From an uncultured delta proteobacterium (lineage in GTDB: Bacteria > Desulfobacterota > Desulfuromonadia > Desulfuromonadales > BM103): 64,000 bases of DNA. Every line of letters starts with the position of its first letter. Position 1 is the first letter of the stretch. Both the position numbers and the translations under genes were made by a program. Positions 9,557-20,075 of the stretch are shown here, in pieces. The notes beneath the pieces are model-generated. The model did no database searches, was not told the origin of the DNA, and saw nothing but the letters and a program-made list of their open reading frames with translations. The DNA lies in contig CAVQRZ010000012.1 in NCBI GenBank assembly GCA_963715335.1, positions 1 through 64,000 on the forward strand, given 5' to 3'.

Positions 9557-10555
9557 TTAAATCCCCTTAGATAACATCCAGTCAGTCGTGTTGAAGAAAC
9601 TAGTCACGTATCTCCCTGGTGGTACTAGGTCATCACAAAAGGCGCGATCCTCCATCGTGAGTTGAATTTTGCAACTCGGAAGCAGGTCATCAAATTGTTC
9701 AATATTTCTGGGGCCTATAATTACTGAGGATATTCCTGGTTGACTTAACACCCAGGCTGTTGCTAATTGGCTAGGCCTATAATCTTTTTTCTTGGCATAC
9801 TCAACAAATGCTTTACCTATTTCTATTCCAACCGAAGAGATACGCTCCCTAAATACATCTCGCAAGTTTCCTCTGCTTCCTTCAGGGAAGTTTACAGAAT
9901 TCAGATATTTCCCAGCTAATATACCTTGGGCAATTGGTGACCATGCCATGACCCCAAGATCATAGTGCTGGCACATGGGAATAATTTCATTTTCACTTCT
10001 CCGATCAAGCAAATTATAGGGGGGTTGCTCGCAGACAAAACGTGGGTACCCATACCTCTCTGAGATATTTAATCCCTCCACTGTTCTCCACGCAGGCTGT
10101 GTTGAACAAGCTGCATAGCGAATTTTGCCTTGCTGCCTGAGATGATTGAGCGCTTCTAGTGACTCTTCTTGATGTACAAAGAAATCCGCGCGGTGAAGGT
10201 AGTAAATATCTAGATAATCTGTTTGCAGCCGCTTCAAACTATTCTCGCAACCTTCGATAATATGATGTCGAGAATTTCCTTTGTCATTGGGACCAGAAGA
10301 CGTTGGATTAAAAACCTTGCTTGTAAGTAAAACGTCTTTACGCTTTCTATTCGATTTCAGTATGTTGCCAAGAATTCGCTCTGCCTCACCTTGGTTGTAA
10401 ACATCGGCACAATCAATAACATTAATCCCTTTATCAATAGCTTCATTTACAAGACATGAAGCCTCTATCTCCCCTGTGGGTGAGCCAAAGTTCATAGTAC
10501 CAAGCGCCAGAGCTGACACCTGCAAGCCTGATCTGCCTAATCGTCTGTAATTCAT
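9557..10555 (-). CDS. Aldo/keto reductase
   Basis: LGRSGLQVS.LALGTMNFG, IDCADVY, SLKRLQTDYLDIYYLH, EQPPYNLL, WSPIAQG. Confidence 0.92.
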   Translation of the reverse strand: MNYRRLGRSGLQVSALALGTMNFGSPTGEIEASCLVNEAIDKGINVIDCADVYNQGEAERILGNILKSNRKRKDVLLTSKVFNPTSSGPNDKGNSRHHIIEGCENSLKRLQTDYLDIYYLHRADFFVHQEESLEALNHLRQQGKIRYAACSTQPAWRTVEGLNISERYGYPRFVCEQPPYNLLDRRSENEIIPMCQHYDLGVMAWSPIAQGILAGKYLNSVNFPEGSRGNLRDVFRERISSVGIEIGKAFVEYAKKKDYRPSQLATAWVLSQPGISSVIIGPRNIEQFDDLLPSCKIQLTMEDRAFCDDLVPPGRYVTSFFNTTDWMLSKGI

Positions 10556-10706
10556 AAGTAAGTACCTATCGGAATAAATATTGTTTAACCGCTGATGGGT
10601 TCAGAGGAGACCACATCCAATGCGTTGCCTATAATTCTACGGATTATCTGATGCCACCGATACGTCCATAATCTTTCATTGGTGACCAAAACTCCTATTT
10701 GTTGTG

Positions 10707-12146
10707 TCAAAAGTTAATCTGCTCTGAATTGAGTTGATGAACCTTTAGCAGATTAGTTGTTCCGGGATCCGAGAGGGGACTGCCCATGGTAATCACAACC
10801 ATATCTCCTGGTTGTAAAACTCCTGCGTCTAGAACGCTCTTTTCCACTAGCTGAATCTGTGCTTCAGTATCTCCCTGGATATCGACCCGTAACGATTGTA
10901 CGCCAAAATAAAGTGCCAAGCGACGGCGAACTGTCCGCGATGGGGTGACAGCATAAATTGGCATTGTGGGGCGATACTTAGCCACTAGGGCTGCGGTATT
11001 GCCTGACTGGGTAAAGGCGAGGATGGCTTTGGCTCCGACACTTTGTGCGATTCGACAGGCTGCCTGCCCGATCGCTTCAGACAAGTTGACAACCTGCATA
11101 TCCTCTCTCACTTGAAATTGTTTTGGAGCGATCAGCGTTGCTTTCTCGACATCTCTGGCTACCGAATCCATTATTTTCACGGCCTCAAGCGGATATTTCC
11201 CCGAGGCGGTTTCGGCGGAGAGCATAATTGCGTCGGTACCGTCGAGGATCGCATTTGCCACATCGGATGTTTCCGCGCGCGTTGGGCGGGGATTATTGAT
11301 CATGCTTTCCAGCATCTGCGTGGCGGTTATAACCGGTTTGCCAACATTGTTACATTTACGGATAATCCTTTTTTGGATCAGGGGAACTTTTTCCGGGCTA
11401 ATTTCCACGCCCAGATCACCTCGGGCCACCATCACGCCATCGCTCACTTCAAGGATGCTTTCAAAGTTCTCAACCGCTTCCGGTTTTTCGATCTTTGAAA
11501 TCACCTTAAGTGTTGAACCACTTTTCTGTAACAACGACTTCAGCTCGAGCACATCAGCAGCTCGACGGACAAAAGATAATGCCACGTAGTCTATTTCCTG
11601 ATCGATGCAGAATTGTAAATCCTGCTTATCTTTTTCCGTCAGGGAAGGCGCCGAGACTGTAACGCCCGGCAGATTGATCCCTTTGCGGTCCTTGAGAATC
11701 CCACCGAATCGAACCCGGCAGCGCACATCTTCCCCCTGGACCTTGACAACTTCCAACTCCATCAGACCATCATCGAGCAGAACTTGATCTCCGGGGCTAA
11801 CATCTTGAGGAAGGTTTTTGTAGACGGTCGGAATCAGTCCAGCTTCCCCCAAAACGTCTCGCGAGGTGATGATGACTCCCTCCCCCTCAGTAAGAGCCAT
11901 CGCTCCTTCTTTGAGCAAGCCAACGCGGATTTTAGGCCCCTGCAGATCGCCCAAAATAGCCACTGCCTGTTGCCGTTGTCGTGAAACGCTTCGGATCCGC
12001 TGGATCAGCAGGGTTTTATCTGTCAGGTCGCCGTGGGAGAAATTGAGTCGAAAAACTGAAACACCGGCCTCGATTAGGGCTTTGATGGTATTCTCTTCGC
12101 TGGTCGATGGACCCAGTGTAGCGATAATTTTTGTATGTTTGAACAT
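10707..12146 (-). CDS. pyk: Pyruvate kinase
   Basis: TKIIATLGP, RLNFSHG, DLQGPKIR, SKIEK, MVARGDLGVE, TATQMLESM, PTRAETSDVANA. Confidence 0.97.
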   Translation of the reverse strand: MFKHTKIIATLGPSTSEENTIKALIEAGVSVFRLNFSHGDLTDKTLLIQRIRSVSRQRQQAVAILGDLQGPKIRVGLLKEGAMALTEGEGVIITSRDVLGEAGLIPTVYKNLPQDVSPGDQVLLDDGLMELEVVKVQGEDVRCRVRFGGILKDRKGINLPGVTVSAPSLTEKDKQDLQFCIDQEIDYVALSFVRRAADVLELKSLLQKSGSTLKVISKIEKPEAVENFESILEVSDGVMVARGDLGVEISPEKVPLIQKRIIRKCNNVGKPVITATQMLESMINNPRPTRAETSDVANAILDGTDAIMLSAETASGKYPLEAVKIMDSVARDVEKATLIAPKQFQVREDMQVVNLSEAIGQAACRIAQSVGAKAILAFTQSGNTAALVAKYRPTMPIYAVTPSRTVRRRLALYFGVQSLRVDIQGDTEAQIQLVEKSVLDAGVLQPGDMVVITMGSPLSDPGTTNLLKVHQLNSEQINF

Positions 12147-12233
12147 GATGAGTTCATTTCTACTGAAAACAAGAGTCAGAAAGCTGAACGGGAATTTTCC
12201 TTATTTACTCAACTTCAAAAATGCAAAGCTCGA

Positions 12234-13649
12234 TCAATCGTCTAGATCGTTATTATTGTTAATAGAATGCTCTATGTTGACTTGATCTTCCTGTTCCCCG
12301 ATCAGGTCTGAGACCTTAGGGATTATTATCAGATGAAGATCCATAACATTTGTATTCGTAGGGCCTGTAATCAAAAGATCATCGAGAGCTTGAAAGAAGT
12401 TGTATGAATCATTATTTTCTAAATATTCACCGAAGTTGAGATTTTTGGCTCTCGCTCGTTCCAGAGTTGTATTGTCAGCAATGGCTCCCGCGGCATCGGT
12501 CGGTCCGTCGTTTCCATCTGTTCCACCTGACAGAATGACTATAGGTATTTCACCGGCGATGTCGCCAACTGTGCACAAAGCAAATTCCTGATTACGCCCG
12601 CCTAACCCGCTACCTTTTAATGTAACGGTTGTTTCACCACCTGAGAGAATACATACCGGTGGTCTTATGGGATGACCTGAATTGATGGCCTCTTTGGCAA
12701 TAGCCGCATGCATTCGAGCAACTTCGCTAGTTTCACCTTCGATCAGGGAAGAAAGGATTATTGTCTTGTATTTAAGATCAGTTGCTTCTTTTTTTGCTGC
12801 TAATAAGGCTTCAATATTACTTCCGATGATATTGCTACATGTTCTTTCAAATATAGGATTATCGGCTTTTGGCGTCTCTAGCGCTTGATCGGCCAAGCCA
12901 TTTTCAAAGTGGTTTATCACCGATTTTGGCAATCGATCATAGATTCCATACTTGGCCACAATATTTAAACAATCTTTAAAGGTACTGTTGTCCGGAACAG
13001 TTGGCCCAGATGCGATGACATCGAGATCGTCACCAACAACGTCGGACAGAATCAGAGAAACCATAGTAGCTGGGTAGGCAGCGACGGCCAATCTGCCGCC
13101 TTTAATACACGAAAGGTGTTTCCGGAGAGCATTAATTTCATGGATTGTCGCACCGCATGCCAACAGGGTACGGGTTGTCTCCTGTTTATCAGTCAGGGTA
13201 ACACCAGGTACGGCGAGTGGAAGCAGGGCAGAGCCACCTCCTGACAATAAACATATGCATAGATCATTGGCTTTTGCGGCATTGGCAATTTCCAGAATCT
13301 TTGTCGTACCAATTTCTCCGTTTTGATCAGGGACGGGATGACCGGCTTCGATGGTTTGTATCTTTTCTAAAGCGGCAATGTGTCCATACTTGACGGTAAT
13401 AACTCCAGCCGTAAGTTTTTCACCTAACAAACGTTCAAAAGCCACAGCCATTGGGGCAGTGGCCTTTCCCGCGCCTACGATATATATATTTTCGAAGGCG
13501 TTAAGGTCGTAGGTTTCTTTTCCAATGGTTAACACATCTCCTTGGCGTCGACAAAAACGGTCGATCGCTCCTTCGGGAGCGACAGCCTTAAGTCCAGCTC
13601 TAAAAATCGCCAAAGCGTCTTTTCTAGCCTTTTGAAGTAAAGATGTCAT
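12234..13649 (-). CDS. Glycerate 2-kinase (MOFRL/TtuD family)
   Basis: GAGKA, EAGHPVPD, LLSGGGSAL, SDVVGD..IASGPT, GGETTV, GGRNQE, GTDGNDGPT, TGPTNTNVMD. Confidence 0.93.
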   Translation of the reverse strand: MTSLLQKARKDALAIFRAGLKAVAPEGAIDRFCRRQGDVLTIGKETYDLNAFENIYIVGAGKATAPMAVAFERLLGEKLTAGVITVKYGHIAALEKIQTIEAGHPVPDQNGEIGTTKILEIANAAKANDLCICLLSGGGSALLPLAVPGVTLTDKQETTRTLLACGATIHEINALRKHLSCIKGGRLAVAAYPATMVSLILSDVVGDDLDVIASGPTVPDNSTFKDCLNIVAKYGIYDRLPKSVINHFENGLADQALETPKADNPIFERTCSNIIGSNIEALLAAKKEATDLKYKTIILSSLIEGETSEVARMHAAIAKEAINSGHPIRPPVCILSGGETTVTLKGSGLGGRNQEFALCTVGDIAGEIPIVILSGGTDGNDGPTDAAGAIADNTTLERARAKNLNFGEYLENNDSYNFFQALDDLLITGPTNTNVMDLHLIIIPKVSDLIGEQEDQVNIEHSINNNNDLDD

Positions 13650-13821
13650 CGTTTTGTATGCCTATTGGGCTGTTTTATTGAGTGACAGTTTAATGTCAGG
13701 CCAATATGCAATGTCAGCTCAGTGGATTGGAGATGCCTGGGTGGCGCCCCCCCCTGCTTCCATTTGCAGGGGCAGGGGGGGCAGTTTTCTTCATGTTGGC
13801 GGGATGAATCCTTGTTTGCTA

Positions 13822-14703
13822 TCAAGCGACTTCGTGGGATGCAAGCAGCTCCAGAGCTCGCACCATGGCAGAGTGGTCCCAACCAGAGCCGCCGTTTGCA
13901 GCGCAGGCATTGAACAGTTCCTGTGCTGTAGCAGTGTTAGGCAGGCTGAGCTTCATGGCACGGGCACTACTCAGCGCCAGATTCAGATCCTTCTGATGCA
14001 GTTCAATGCGAAAGCCTGGATCGAAGGTTCTCTTGATCATGCGCTCGCCATGCACTTCTAAAATTTTAGAAGAAGCAAAACCGCCCATCAATGCTTCTCG
14101 CACTTTGGCAGGATCAGCTCCGGCCTTGGAAGCGAAAAGAAGGGCTTCCCCAACCGCCTCGATATTTAGGGCAACAATAATCTGGTTGGCAACTTTACAG
14201 GTTTGGCCGTCACCATTTCCTCCAACAAGCGTAATATTCTTACCCATGAGTTCAAAGAGTGGCTTTGCTTTTTCAAAAGCCGCTTCTGTGCCGCCAATCA
14301 TGATTGTAAGTGTTTGCGCTTTCGCACCGACCTCGCCGCCGGAGACCGGGGCATCCAGATATTCACAACCAAGCTCGTTGATGCGTTTTGCAAATACTTT
14401 GGTCTCAATTGGTGAAATTGAGCTCATATCAATGACGACTTTCCCCTGGGTCAATCCTGTAGCAACACCCTGCTCCCCAAACAAAACACTCGCAACATGT
14501 GGGGTGTCGGGAACCATAATAATAATGAATTCAGCTTTTTCTGCTACTTCTTGCCCATTCCCACAGACAACTGCTCCTTTGTCGATAAGCTCTTGGGGTA
14601 CTCCTTCCAGGGTAAAAGCATACAGATCATGTCCACCATCGAGAAGATGCCCAGCCATGGGTGCACCCATAATACCTAGTCCTATAAATCCGATTTTGCT
14701 CAT
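13822..14703 (-). CDS. glxR: 2-hydroxy-3-oxopropionate (tartronate semialdehyde) reductase
   Basis: GFIGLGIMGAPMA, DAPVSGGEVGA, GDGQTCKVANQIIVALNIEAV, GFRIELHQKDL. Confidence 0.93.
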   Translation of the reverse strand: MSKIGFIGLGIMGAPMAGHLLDGGHDLYAFTLEGVPQELIDKGAVVCGNGQEVAEKAEFIIIMVPDTPHVASVLFGEQGVATGLTQGKVVIDMSSISPIETKVFAKRINELGCEYLDAPVSGGEVGAKAQTLTIMIGGTEAAFEKAKPLFELMGKNITLVGGNGDGQTCKVANQIIVALNIEAVGEALLFASKAGADPAKVREALMGGFASSKILEVHGERMIKRTFDPGFRIELHQKDLNLALSSARAMKLSLPNTATAQELFNACAANGGSGWDHSAMVRALELLASHEVA

Positions 14704-14780
14704 TTTTTTCTCCTTTGATATTTTTTGTAATCTTGCTTCTCAAGGCCCTGGAAAGTGAGATGTAAACAACGTAGACCTTC

Positions 14781-15557
14781 TTATTTGTAGGGTTCAAACC
14801 ACCCTAACCCCTCCTCTGTTTTATTGGCAGGGACATATTCGCAACCGATCCATCCTCTGTAGCCGATTCGATCAAGAAAATCGAAAAGAAAGGGATAATT
14901 AATCTCGCCTGTTCCTGGCTCGTGACGTCCAGGGCTGTCTGCCAACTGGATATGCCCTATGCTGTTGAGATTTTTTTCAATTGTAGGGGCAAGATCACCT
15001 TCCATGATTTGCATATGGTAAATATCATATTGCAACTTGATGTTGTCTGATCCGGTAGCTGCTATGATGTCAAGAGTCTGCTGGGTACCACACAGGAAAA
15101 AACCTGGGATATCCCTTGTGTTGATCGCTTCTATTACCAGACAGATGTCATTTTTGGCCAATTCGGAAGCTGCAAACGCTGCATTGTCAGTCAAAGTTTT
15201 ATTCAACACATCGATATCAACACCTTCAGGTGCTATTCCTGCCAACATATTTACTTGGGTATTCCCTAAAGCTTTTGCATATTCGATAGCCTTGCCAACG
15301 CCATCCTGAAACTCACCAATTCGATCGGGGAAAATACCAATACCACGCTCACCTGCGCTCCAATCACCTGCAGGCAGGTTATGCAACACTTGTTTGAGAT
15401 TATTTTTCTTTAGCAAATCAACCAATTGATTCACTTCAAAAGCATAGGGGAACAGATATTCAACCCCCTTGAAACCAGCCTTGGCGGCGGCATCAAAACG
15501 ATCTAAAAAATCTACTTCCTGAAACATCATTGATAAGTTTGCGGCGAAATTTGGCAT
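14781..15557 (-). CDS. hyi: Hydroxypyruvate isomerase
   Basis: FAANLSMMF, VEYLFPY, HNLPAGDW..GERG, YDIYHMQIMEG, PGRHEPGTGEINY, GCEY. Confidence 0.93.
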   Translation of the reverse strand: MPNFAANLSMMFQEVDFLDRFDAAAKAGFKGVEYLFPYAFEVNQLVDLLKKNNLKQVLHNLPAGDWSAGERGIGIFPDRIGEFQDGVGKAIEYAKALGNTQVNMLAGIAPEGVDIDVLNKTLTDNAAFAASELAKNDICLVIEAINTRDIPGFFLCGTQQTLDIIAATGSDNIKLQYDIYHMQIMEGDLAPTIEKNLNSIGHIQLADSPGRHEPGTGEINYPFLFDFLDRIGYRGWIGCEYVPANKTEEGLGWFEPYK

Positions 15558-15605
15558 ACATACCTCCTTTTTAAATATCTCTCTTTTGCGATAATTCTGA
15601 CTTCA

Positions 15606-15627
15606 ATAATTTATAAATTATAAATTA
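15606..15627. promoter_or_regulatory. Putative GntR operator (copy 1) upstream of hyi
   Basis: ATAATTTATAAATTATAAATTA, identical to 20076-20097; contains the palindrome ATAATTTATAAATTAT. Confidence 0.7.
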
Positions 15628-15821
15628 TATTTTTGCAAGTCCGAATTCACCAGAAAGCATAAAACTCTCTTCATACTTCCAAAGACAAGGAAGCGGCTCT
15701 AGACACCTCTGAGGAAATCTGTGAGAAATGAATGTGTTATGTCAGAAAAAGCATCTCGCAGGAAAAATCGGCGGGTTAAACCTGACCTGACAGACACCGT
15801 GATTGCGTCAGGTGATAACTA

Positions 15822-16463
15822 CTAGGTTTTATTGAAAAGGTTTTTGCGCATCGAACGAATATTTATTTCAATAGCTTTTTGTGCTGCTAAAACATCTCTT
15901 TTTTTAATCGCCTCGGTAATACTCCTGTGCTCCTTGAGAGTGGCTTTGTTTTTTATTTCAGGATCGCTCTTTTTTTCTTTTATTCGGACCAACTGGAAAA
16001 AAGCTGAAAACTCGTCTAATAACCTTATTAATCGAGCATTGTTTGAAAGTTGAGCAATCATAGAATGAAATTTGCTATCAAGTTTATTGCATTCAACAAA
16101 ATCTTTCTGTTCAAGCGCCTTTTCAAATTCTTTCAATGAATTGCAAATTGCCTCAATATCCTCATCTGTCGCACGTTCAATGCATTTCTGGATAGACAAA
16201 TTTTCCAGGGAAATCCGAATTTCAATATGGTCCTGAATCTGCTCTGGTAATGGATCAATAAGATATAAACCTTGTTGAGATTTTTTGACTATTATCCCGT
16301 CTGAAACAAGTCGGTTTATTGCTTCACGAATCGGTGTACGACTCATCGAAATCTCTTTAGCGAGAAGGTCTTCTCTTATTCTGCCGCCAAGCTCGAATTC
16401 TCCATCCAGTAATTTCATTCGGATGATTGAGTAAGCCGCTTCATTCATGCTTTTATACATCAT
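15822..16463 (-). CDS. GntR family transcriptional regulator (FCD domain)
   Basis: wHTH REDLLAKEISMSRTPIREAINRL; FCD motifs EIRISLE, DSKFH, EHRSI. Confidence 0.92.
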   Translation of the reverse strand: MMYKSMNEAAYSIIRMKLLDGEFELGGRIREDLLAKEISMSRTPIREAINRLVSDGIIVKKSQQGLYLIDPLPEQIQDHIEIRISLENLSIQKCIERATDEDIEAICNSLKEFEKALEQKDFVECNKLDSKFHSMIAQLSNNARLIRLLDEFSAFFQLVRIKEKKSDPEIKNKATLKEHRSITEAIKKRDVLAAQKAIEINIRSMRKNLFNKT

Positions 16464-16653
16464 GTATTGCTGTGATCCTTTTCCTTAAGATTTACGATCT
16501 AACACCGCAAATATTACTATTTTGTGTTGCATGATTCAAGGATACTTCATCTTGGTGAAAAATCGTTGATATTGTTTTCACTGGTCTTTTCTTTAGGGAG
16601 CGCCTTTATTCATAGTGAAGCAGAATCTGGAACAACCCAGAGAAATTCCGGTT

Positions 16654-17034
16654 TCAAACGGCTGCAATAGCCTGCATTTCCACCAGAGCACCTTTTGCCA
16701 AGGCAGCGACCCCTACAGTCGCCCTGGCCGGATAACTGTCGCTGAAGTATGATGCATATACTTCATTCATCTTTTCAAAATCATTCATGTCGGTAAGATA
16801 GATCACCACTTGGAGGAGGGTTTCCATCGAGCCTCCTGCCGCCTCTACGACAGCTTGCAGGTTTTTCAGAGTTCTATGCGTCTGCTGCACGATTCCGCCA
16901 TCCACCAGTGCACCGGTTACAGGATCGAGCGGCAATGCACCGGAAGTAAAAACCATTCCGTTGAATGCCATAGCCTGACAAAATGGTCCAAATGCGGCAG
17001 GCGCATTATCAGTTGATATTTGTTTCATATCCAT
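16654..17034 (-). CDS. RidA/YjgF family enamine/imine deaminase
   Basis: APAAFGPF.QA, FTSGALPLDP, MNEVYASYF, PARATVGVAAL..GALVE (conserved Arg). Confidence 0.92.
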   Translation of the reverse strand: MDMKQISTDNAPAAFGPFCQAMAFNGMVFTSGALPLDPVTGALVDGGIVQQTHRTLKNLQAVVEAAGGSMETLLQVVIYLTDMNDFEKMNEVYASYFSDSYPARATVGVAALAKGALVEMQAIAAV

Positions 17035-17040
17035 TCACTC

Positions 17041-18375
17041 CTACATTGTACTTGGCAGCCAAAGGACGATCTGCGGAAAGATAATAAGTAGAATAAGACC
17101 GAGGGCCACGATAAAGACAAAGGGAAGCATGCCGCGAATGATATCTTTCGTTTCGATGCCAAGGCTTGGATCGGCCGCACCTTTGAGGAAAAACATTGCG
17201 TAGGCAAAAGGTGGCGTTAAAAAAGACATCTGCAGGTTAACGATGATCATCATTGCAAACCACAATGGGTCAAACCCTAGAACAGGGACGATAGGAGACA
17301 GAATAGGAACGAGGACAAAAATAATTCCGACCCAGTCAATAAATGCTCCCAACAGGAAAGTGACTACCATGATAGCCGTAAAAACAGCCCATTTACCGCC
17401 TGGGAACCCCAGGATTAAATCTTTGACGACGTCGCCACCGCCACCGGCAAGAAAAACACTGACGAATGCAGTGGAACAGGCGGCAATAAGTAAAACCATG
17501 CACGTCAGCTTAATCGTACTAATCGAGACCTCCATAAGACCCTTAAAAGATAACTGTCTGTAGCTGGCAGCAAGGATTACGGAAACTACTGCGCCGACAG
17601 CCGCAGCTTCAGTTGGAGCTGCAATACCAGAGTAGATTGCGCCTAGAACGGAAAGGATGAGAATCAGTGCGGGCACCAATGATGTCACAAGCATTTTCAT
17701 TTTCTGAAAGCTTGTATTTTGCCCCTGTTCTTCCACACTTATAGCTGGGGCTATCGACGGTTGCAGAAACGCCCTGATGGCGATATAGATCATATACATG
17801 ACCGACAGCATCAGGCCTGGCCCAAAAGCAGCCATAAACAACTTGCCAACCGAGATCCAGGCTGCGGGGCCATAGACAATAAGCATGATACTCGGTGGAA
17901 TCAGGATTCCAAGCGTACCACCTGCACAGATACACCCAGTAGCTAAGCCTTTATCGTATCCTCGTTCTATCATGACCGGTAGTGCGACCAAGGCAAGCAT
18001 GGAAATTGAAGCGGCGATCACCCCAATACAGGCAGCCATAATAGTACCGATCAAGATACTGACAATCGCAAGACCACCTCTGAAATTGCCAAAACTGACA
18101 TACAAACTCTCGTACATTTTCTTGGCAATACCTGAACGCTCAAGCATTCCGCCCATAAAAACAAAGAGCGGGACAGCCATAAAGCCGGTGTTAGTCAGTT
18201 GGGCGTAAACTCGGGCGTATATCATGTCGAAGACTGAATCTCCGAACATTAGAAAACCGAAGAGGGCACCCGCTCCTCCAATAGGAACGGCCAATGGATA
18301 GCCTGTCAACACGCCAAGAAACAGAACCGTGAACATTCCTATCGTTACAAACTCGGGAGTCATTGTAATGTCCAT
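17041..18375 (-). CDS. dctM: TRAP transporter large permease
   Basis: AVPLFVFMG, RGGLA, GTLGILIPPSI, PTEAAAVGA, FLTPPF; many TM segments. Confidence 0.95.
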   Translation of the reverse strand: MDITMTPEFVTIGMFTVLFLGVLTGYPLAVPIGGAGALFGFLMFGDSVFDMIYARVYAQLTNTGFMAVPLFVFMGGMLERSGIAKKMYESLYVSFGNFRGGLAIVSILIGTIMAACIGVIAASISMLALVALPVMIERGYDKGLATGCICAGGTLGILIPPSIMLIVYGPAAWISVGKLFMAAFGPGLMLSVMYMIYIAIRAFLQPSIAPAISVEEQGQNTSFQKMKMLVTSLVPALILILSVLGAIYSGIAAPTEAAAVGAVVSVILAASYRQLSFKGLMEVSISTIKLTCMVLLIAACSTAFVSVFLAGGGGDVVKDLILGFPGGKWAVFTAIMVVTFLLGAFIDWVGIIFVLVPILSPIVPVLGFDPLWFAMMIIVNLQMSFLTPPFAYAMFFLKGAADPSLGIETKDIIRGMLPFVFIVALGLILLIIFPQIVLWLPSTM

Positions 18376-18950
18376 CAGATCATTCCTTCTTTAACGTATA
18401 TTGCATCCGTCTCGGCAAGACTTTCTCCTTTTGAAAGAAAATATATATTCTTTATTAATTCTGAAAGCGTCTGCATAAAAAACAAAATAAATCCAATAGT
18501 TAGTACCGCACGAAAAGGTGCTGAAGGGGGAAGCCAGCTACTATCAACCATTCGTTCGTTCACCTTTAATGCGAACAGCGTCCACTTTGTTCCCGAATAA
18601 ATCAGGATGAACTGAATTGGGAACAGGAAAAGCACAGTCATTATGACATCGACGATTGCTTTCCACTTTTCGGAAAACATCGTATAGAACACATCGACCC
18701 GCACATGTCCGCCAATTTTCAGTGTGTAGCCCCAACAAAGCGCGGCAATAGAGCCAAAAATCATCTGTGATGTTTCAAGTGCCCATATTGTTGGCTTATT
18801 AAAAACGTATCGTGAAACCACTTCGTAGGTGAGGACAAAAATCAACAACAGGATCAGATATTTTGAGAATTGAGCCATGAAGTCACTCATTCTGTCGATA
18901 GCACCAGTGATTTTTTTCAGTATTTCTGAACTCATGCCGCGTCTCTCCAT
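18375..18950 (-). CDS. dctQ: TRAP transporter small permease
   Basis: YEVVSRYVFNKPTIWA, GHVRVD; four TM segments; abuts dctM. Confidence 0.93.
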   Translation of the reverse strand: MERRGMSSEILKKITGAIDRMSDFMAQFSKYLILLLIFVLTYEVVSRYVFNKPTIWALETSQMIFGSIAALCWGYTLKIGGHVRVDVFYTMFSEKWKAIVDVIMTVLFLFPIQFILIYSGTKWTLFALKVNERMVDSSWLPPSAPFRAVLTIGFILFFMQTLSELIKNIYFLSKGESLAETDAIYVKEGMI

Positions 18951-18998
18951 GATTACGCCGCCGCAACTGATGAATCAGTTGCGGCGGCGACACACAAA

Positions 18999-20057
18999 TT
19001 ACTGAATGTTAAATTGCTTACTGATCAGCTGCCATCTTTTGACGGAGTCGTAAATCTCCTTAAAAGCAGGATCTTTCGCAGCCTGTTCATCGTAATAGGC
19101 TTCTGCCGTTTTGTAGAGAAGAGCTTCAATATCAACAGGCACTTTTGAAATGATAGTGCCATATTTTTCGAACTCTTTCAGTGCTTCTGCGTCACGCACA
19201 ATTTCGGTTACATAATATTGGTCTGCAACTGCAAAGGTCGCGTTTGTAACAATGGCTTGAAGGTCTGCCGGCAGTTCGTCCCATGCCTTCTGGTTGACAA
19301 AAAGCGCCTGAGCATCAGTTGGAGCTCTGGATGTAGAAAGATACATGTATTTGGTCACTTCTTGAAATCCCATTCCCCAGTTAACAGAAGGTGTTACATA
19401 TTCAAACCCATCTATAATTCCGCGTTGAGTCGCTTCGTACACTTCCCCTCCTGGCATAAAGACAGGGGATGCGCCCATCCGCGCAAAAATTTCATTCAGA
19501 GCCGCTGACCCCATCCTTATCTTGAAACCCTTGAGATCTGCGACACTGTTGAGCTGTTTGGTGCTGTGCGCCCAGACCTCTGCGTTATGGGGAGTTAATG
19601 GACCGACGTAATGAGCACCCAACTTTTTATAACTCTTCTGGGCTAGCTTAAGACCTTCGTACTCAAGCCACATTCTTTGCTGGTTGGCGGTTAATCCGCC
19701 AACAGTATTGTTATAAAAAATGGCCCCAGGGAAATACCCAAGTGACCAACCTGGCGCTCCGTGAACAGCTTCAACCGAACCTGAGAGAACCGAATCAAAT
19801 TCTTTTCCTGCTGGAATAATAGCCCCTGCATTAAACGGCTTGATAATCAAACGACCATCGGAAGCTTTCTTAACCAGGTCAGCGAATTTAAGACATGCAT
19901 CATAGGTGGCATCTCCAGATGATGCCCAGGATTGAAGTTTCCATGTAATGACCTTTTTGTCGGAAGCAGCTTGACTTTCACTAGGTCCCGTGAATAACGC
20001 TACACTAATCAACGCGACCAACACGAACAACGAGGTAAAACGGACTCTTTTTTTCAT
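18999..20057 (-). CDS. dctP: TRAP substrate-binding protein (TakP/2-oxoacid-binding-like)
   Basis: Signal peptide; ITWKLQS, SDGRLII, DLKGFKIR, PGGEVYEATQRGIIDGFEY. Confidence 0.92.
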   Translation of the reverse strand: MKKRVRFTSLFVLVALISVALFTGPSESQAASDKKVITWKLQSWASSGDATYDACLKFADLVKKASDGRLIIKPFNAGAIIPAGKEFDSVLSGSVEAVHGAPGWSLGYFPGAIFYNNTVGGLTANQQRMWLEYEGLKLAQKSYKKLGAHYVGPLTPHNAEVWAHSTKQLNSVADLKGFKIRMGSAALNEIFARMGASPVFMPGGEVYEATQRGIIDGFEYVTPSVNWGMGFQEVTKYMYLSTSRAPTDAQALFVNQKAWDELPADLQAIVTNATFAVADQYYVTEIVRDAEALKEFEKYGTIISKVPVDIEALLYKTAEAYYDEQAAKDPAFKEIYDSVKRWQLISKQFNIQ

Positions 20058-20075
20058 GTCTTTTCTCCTTTTTGT

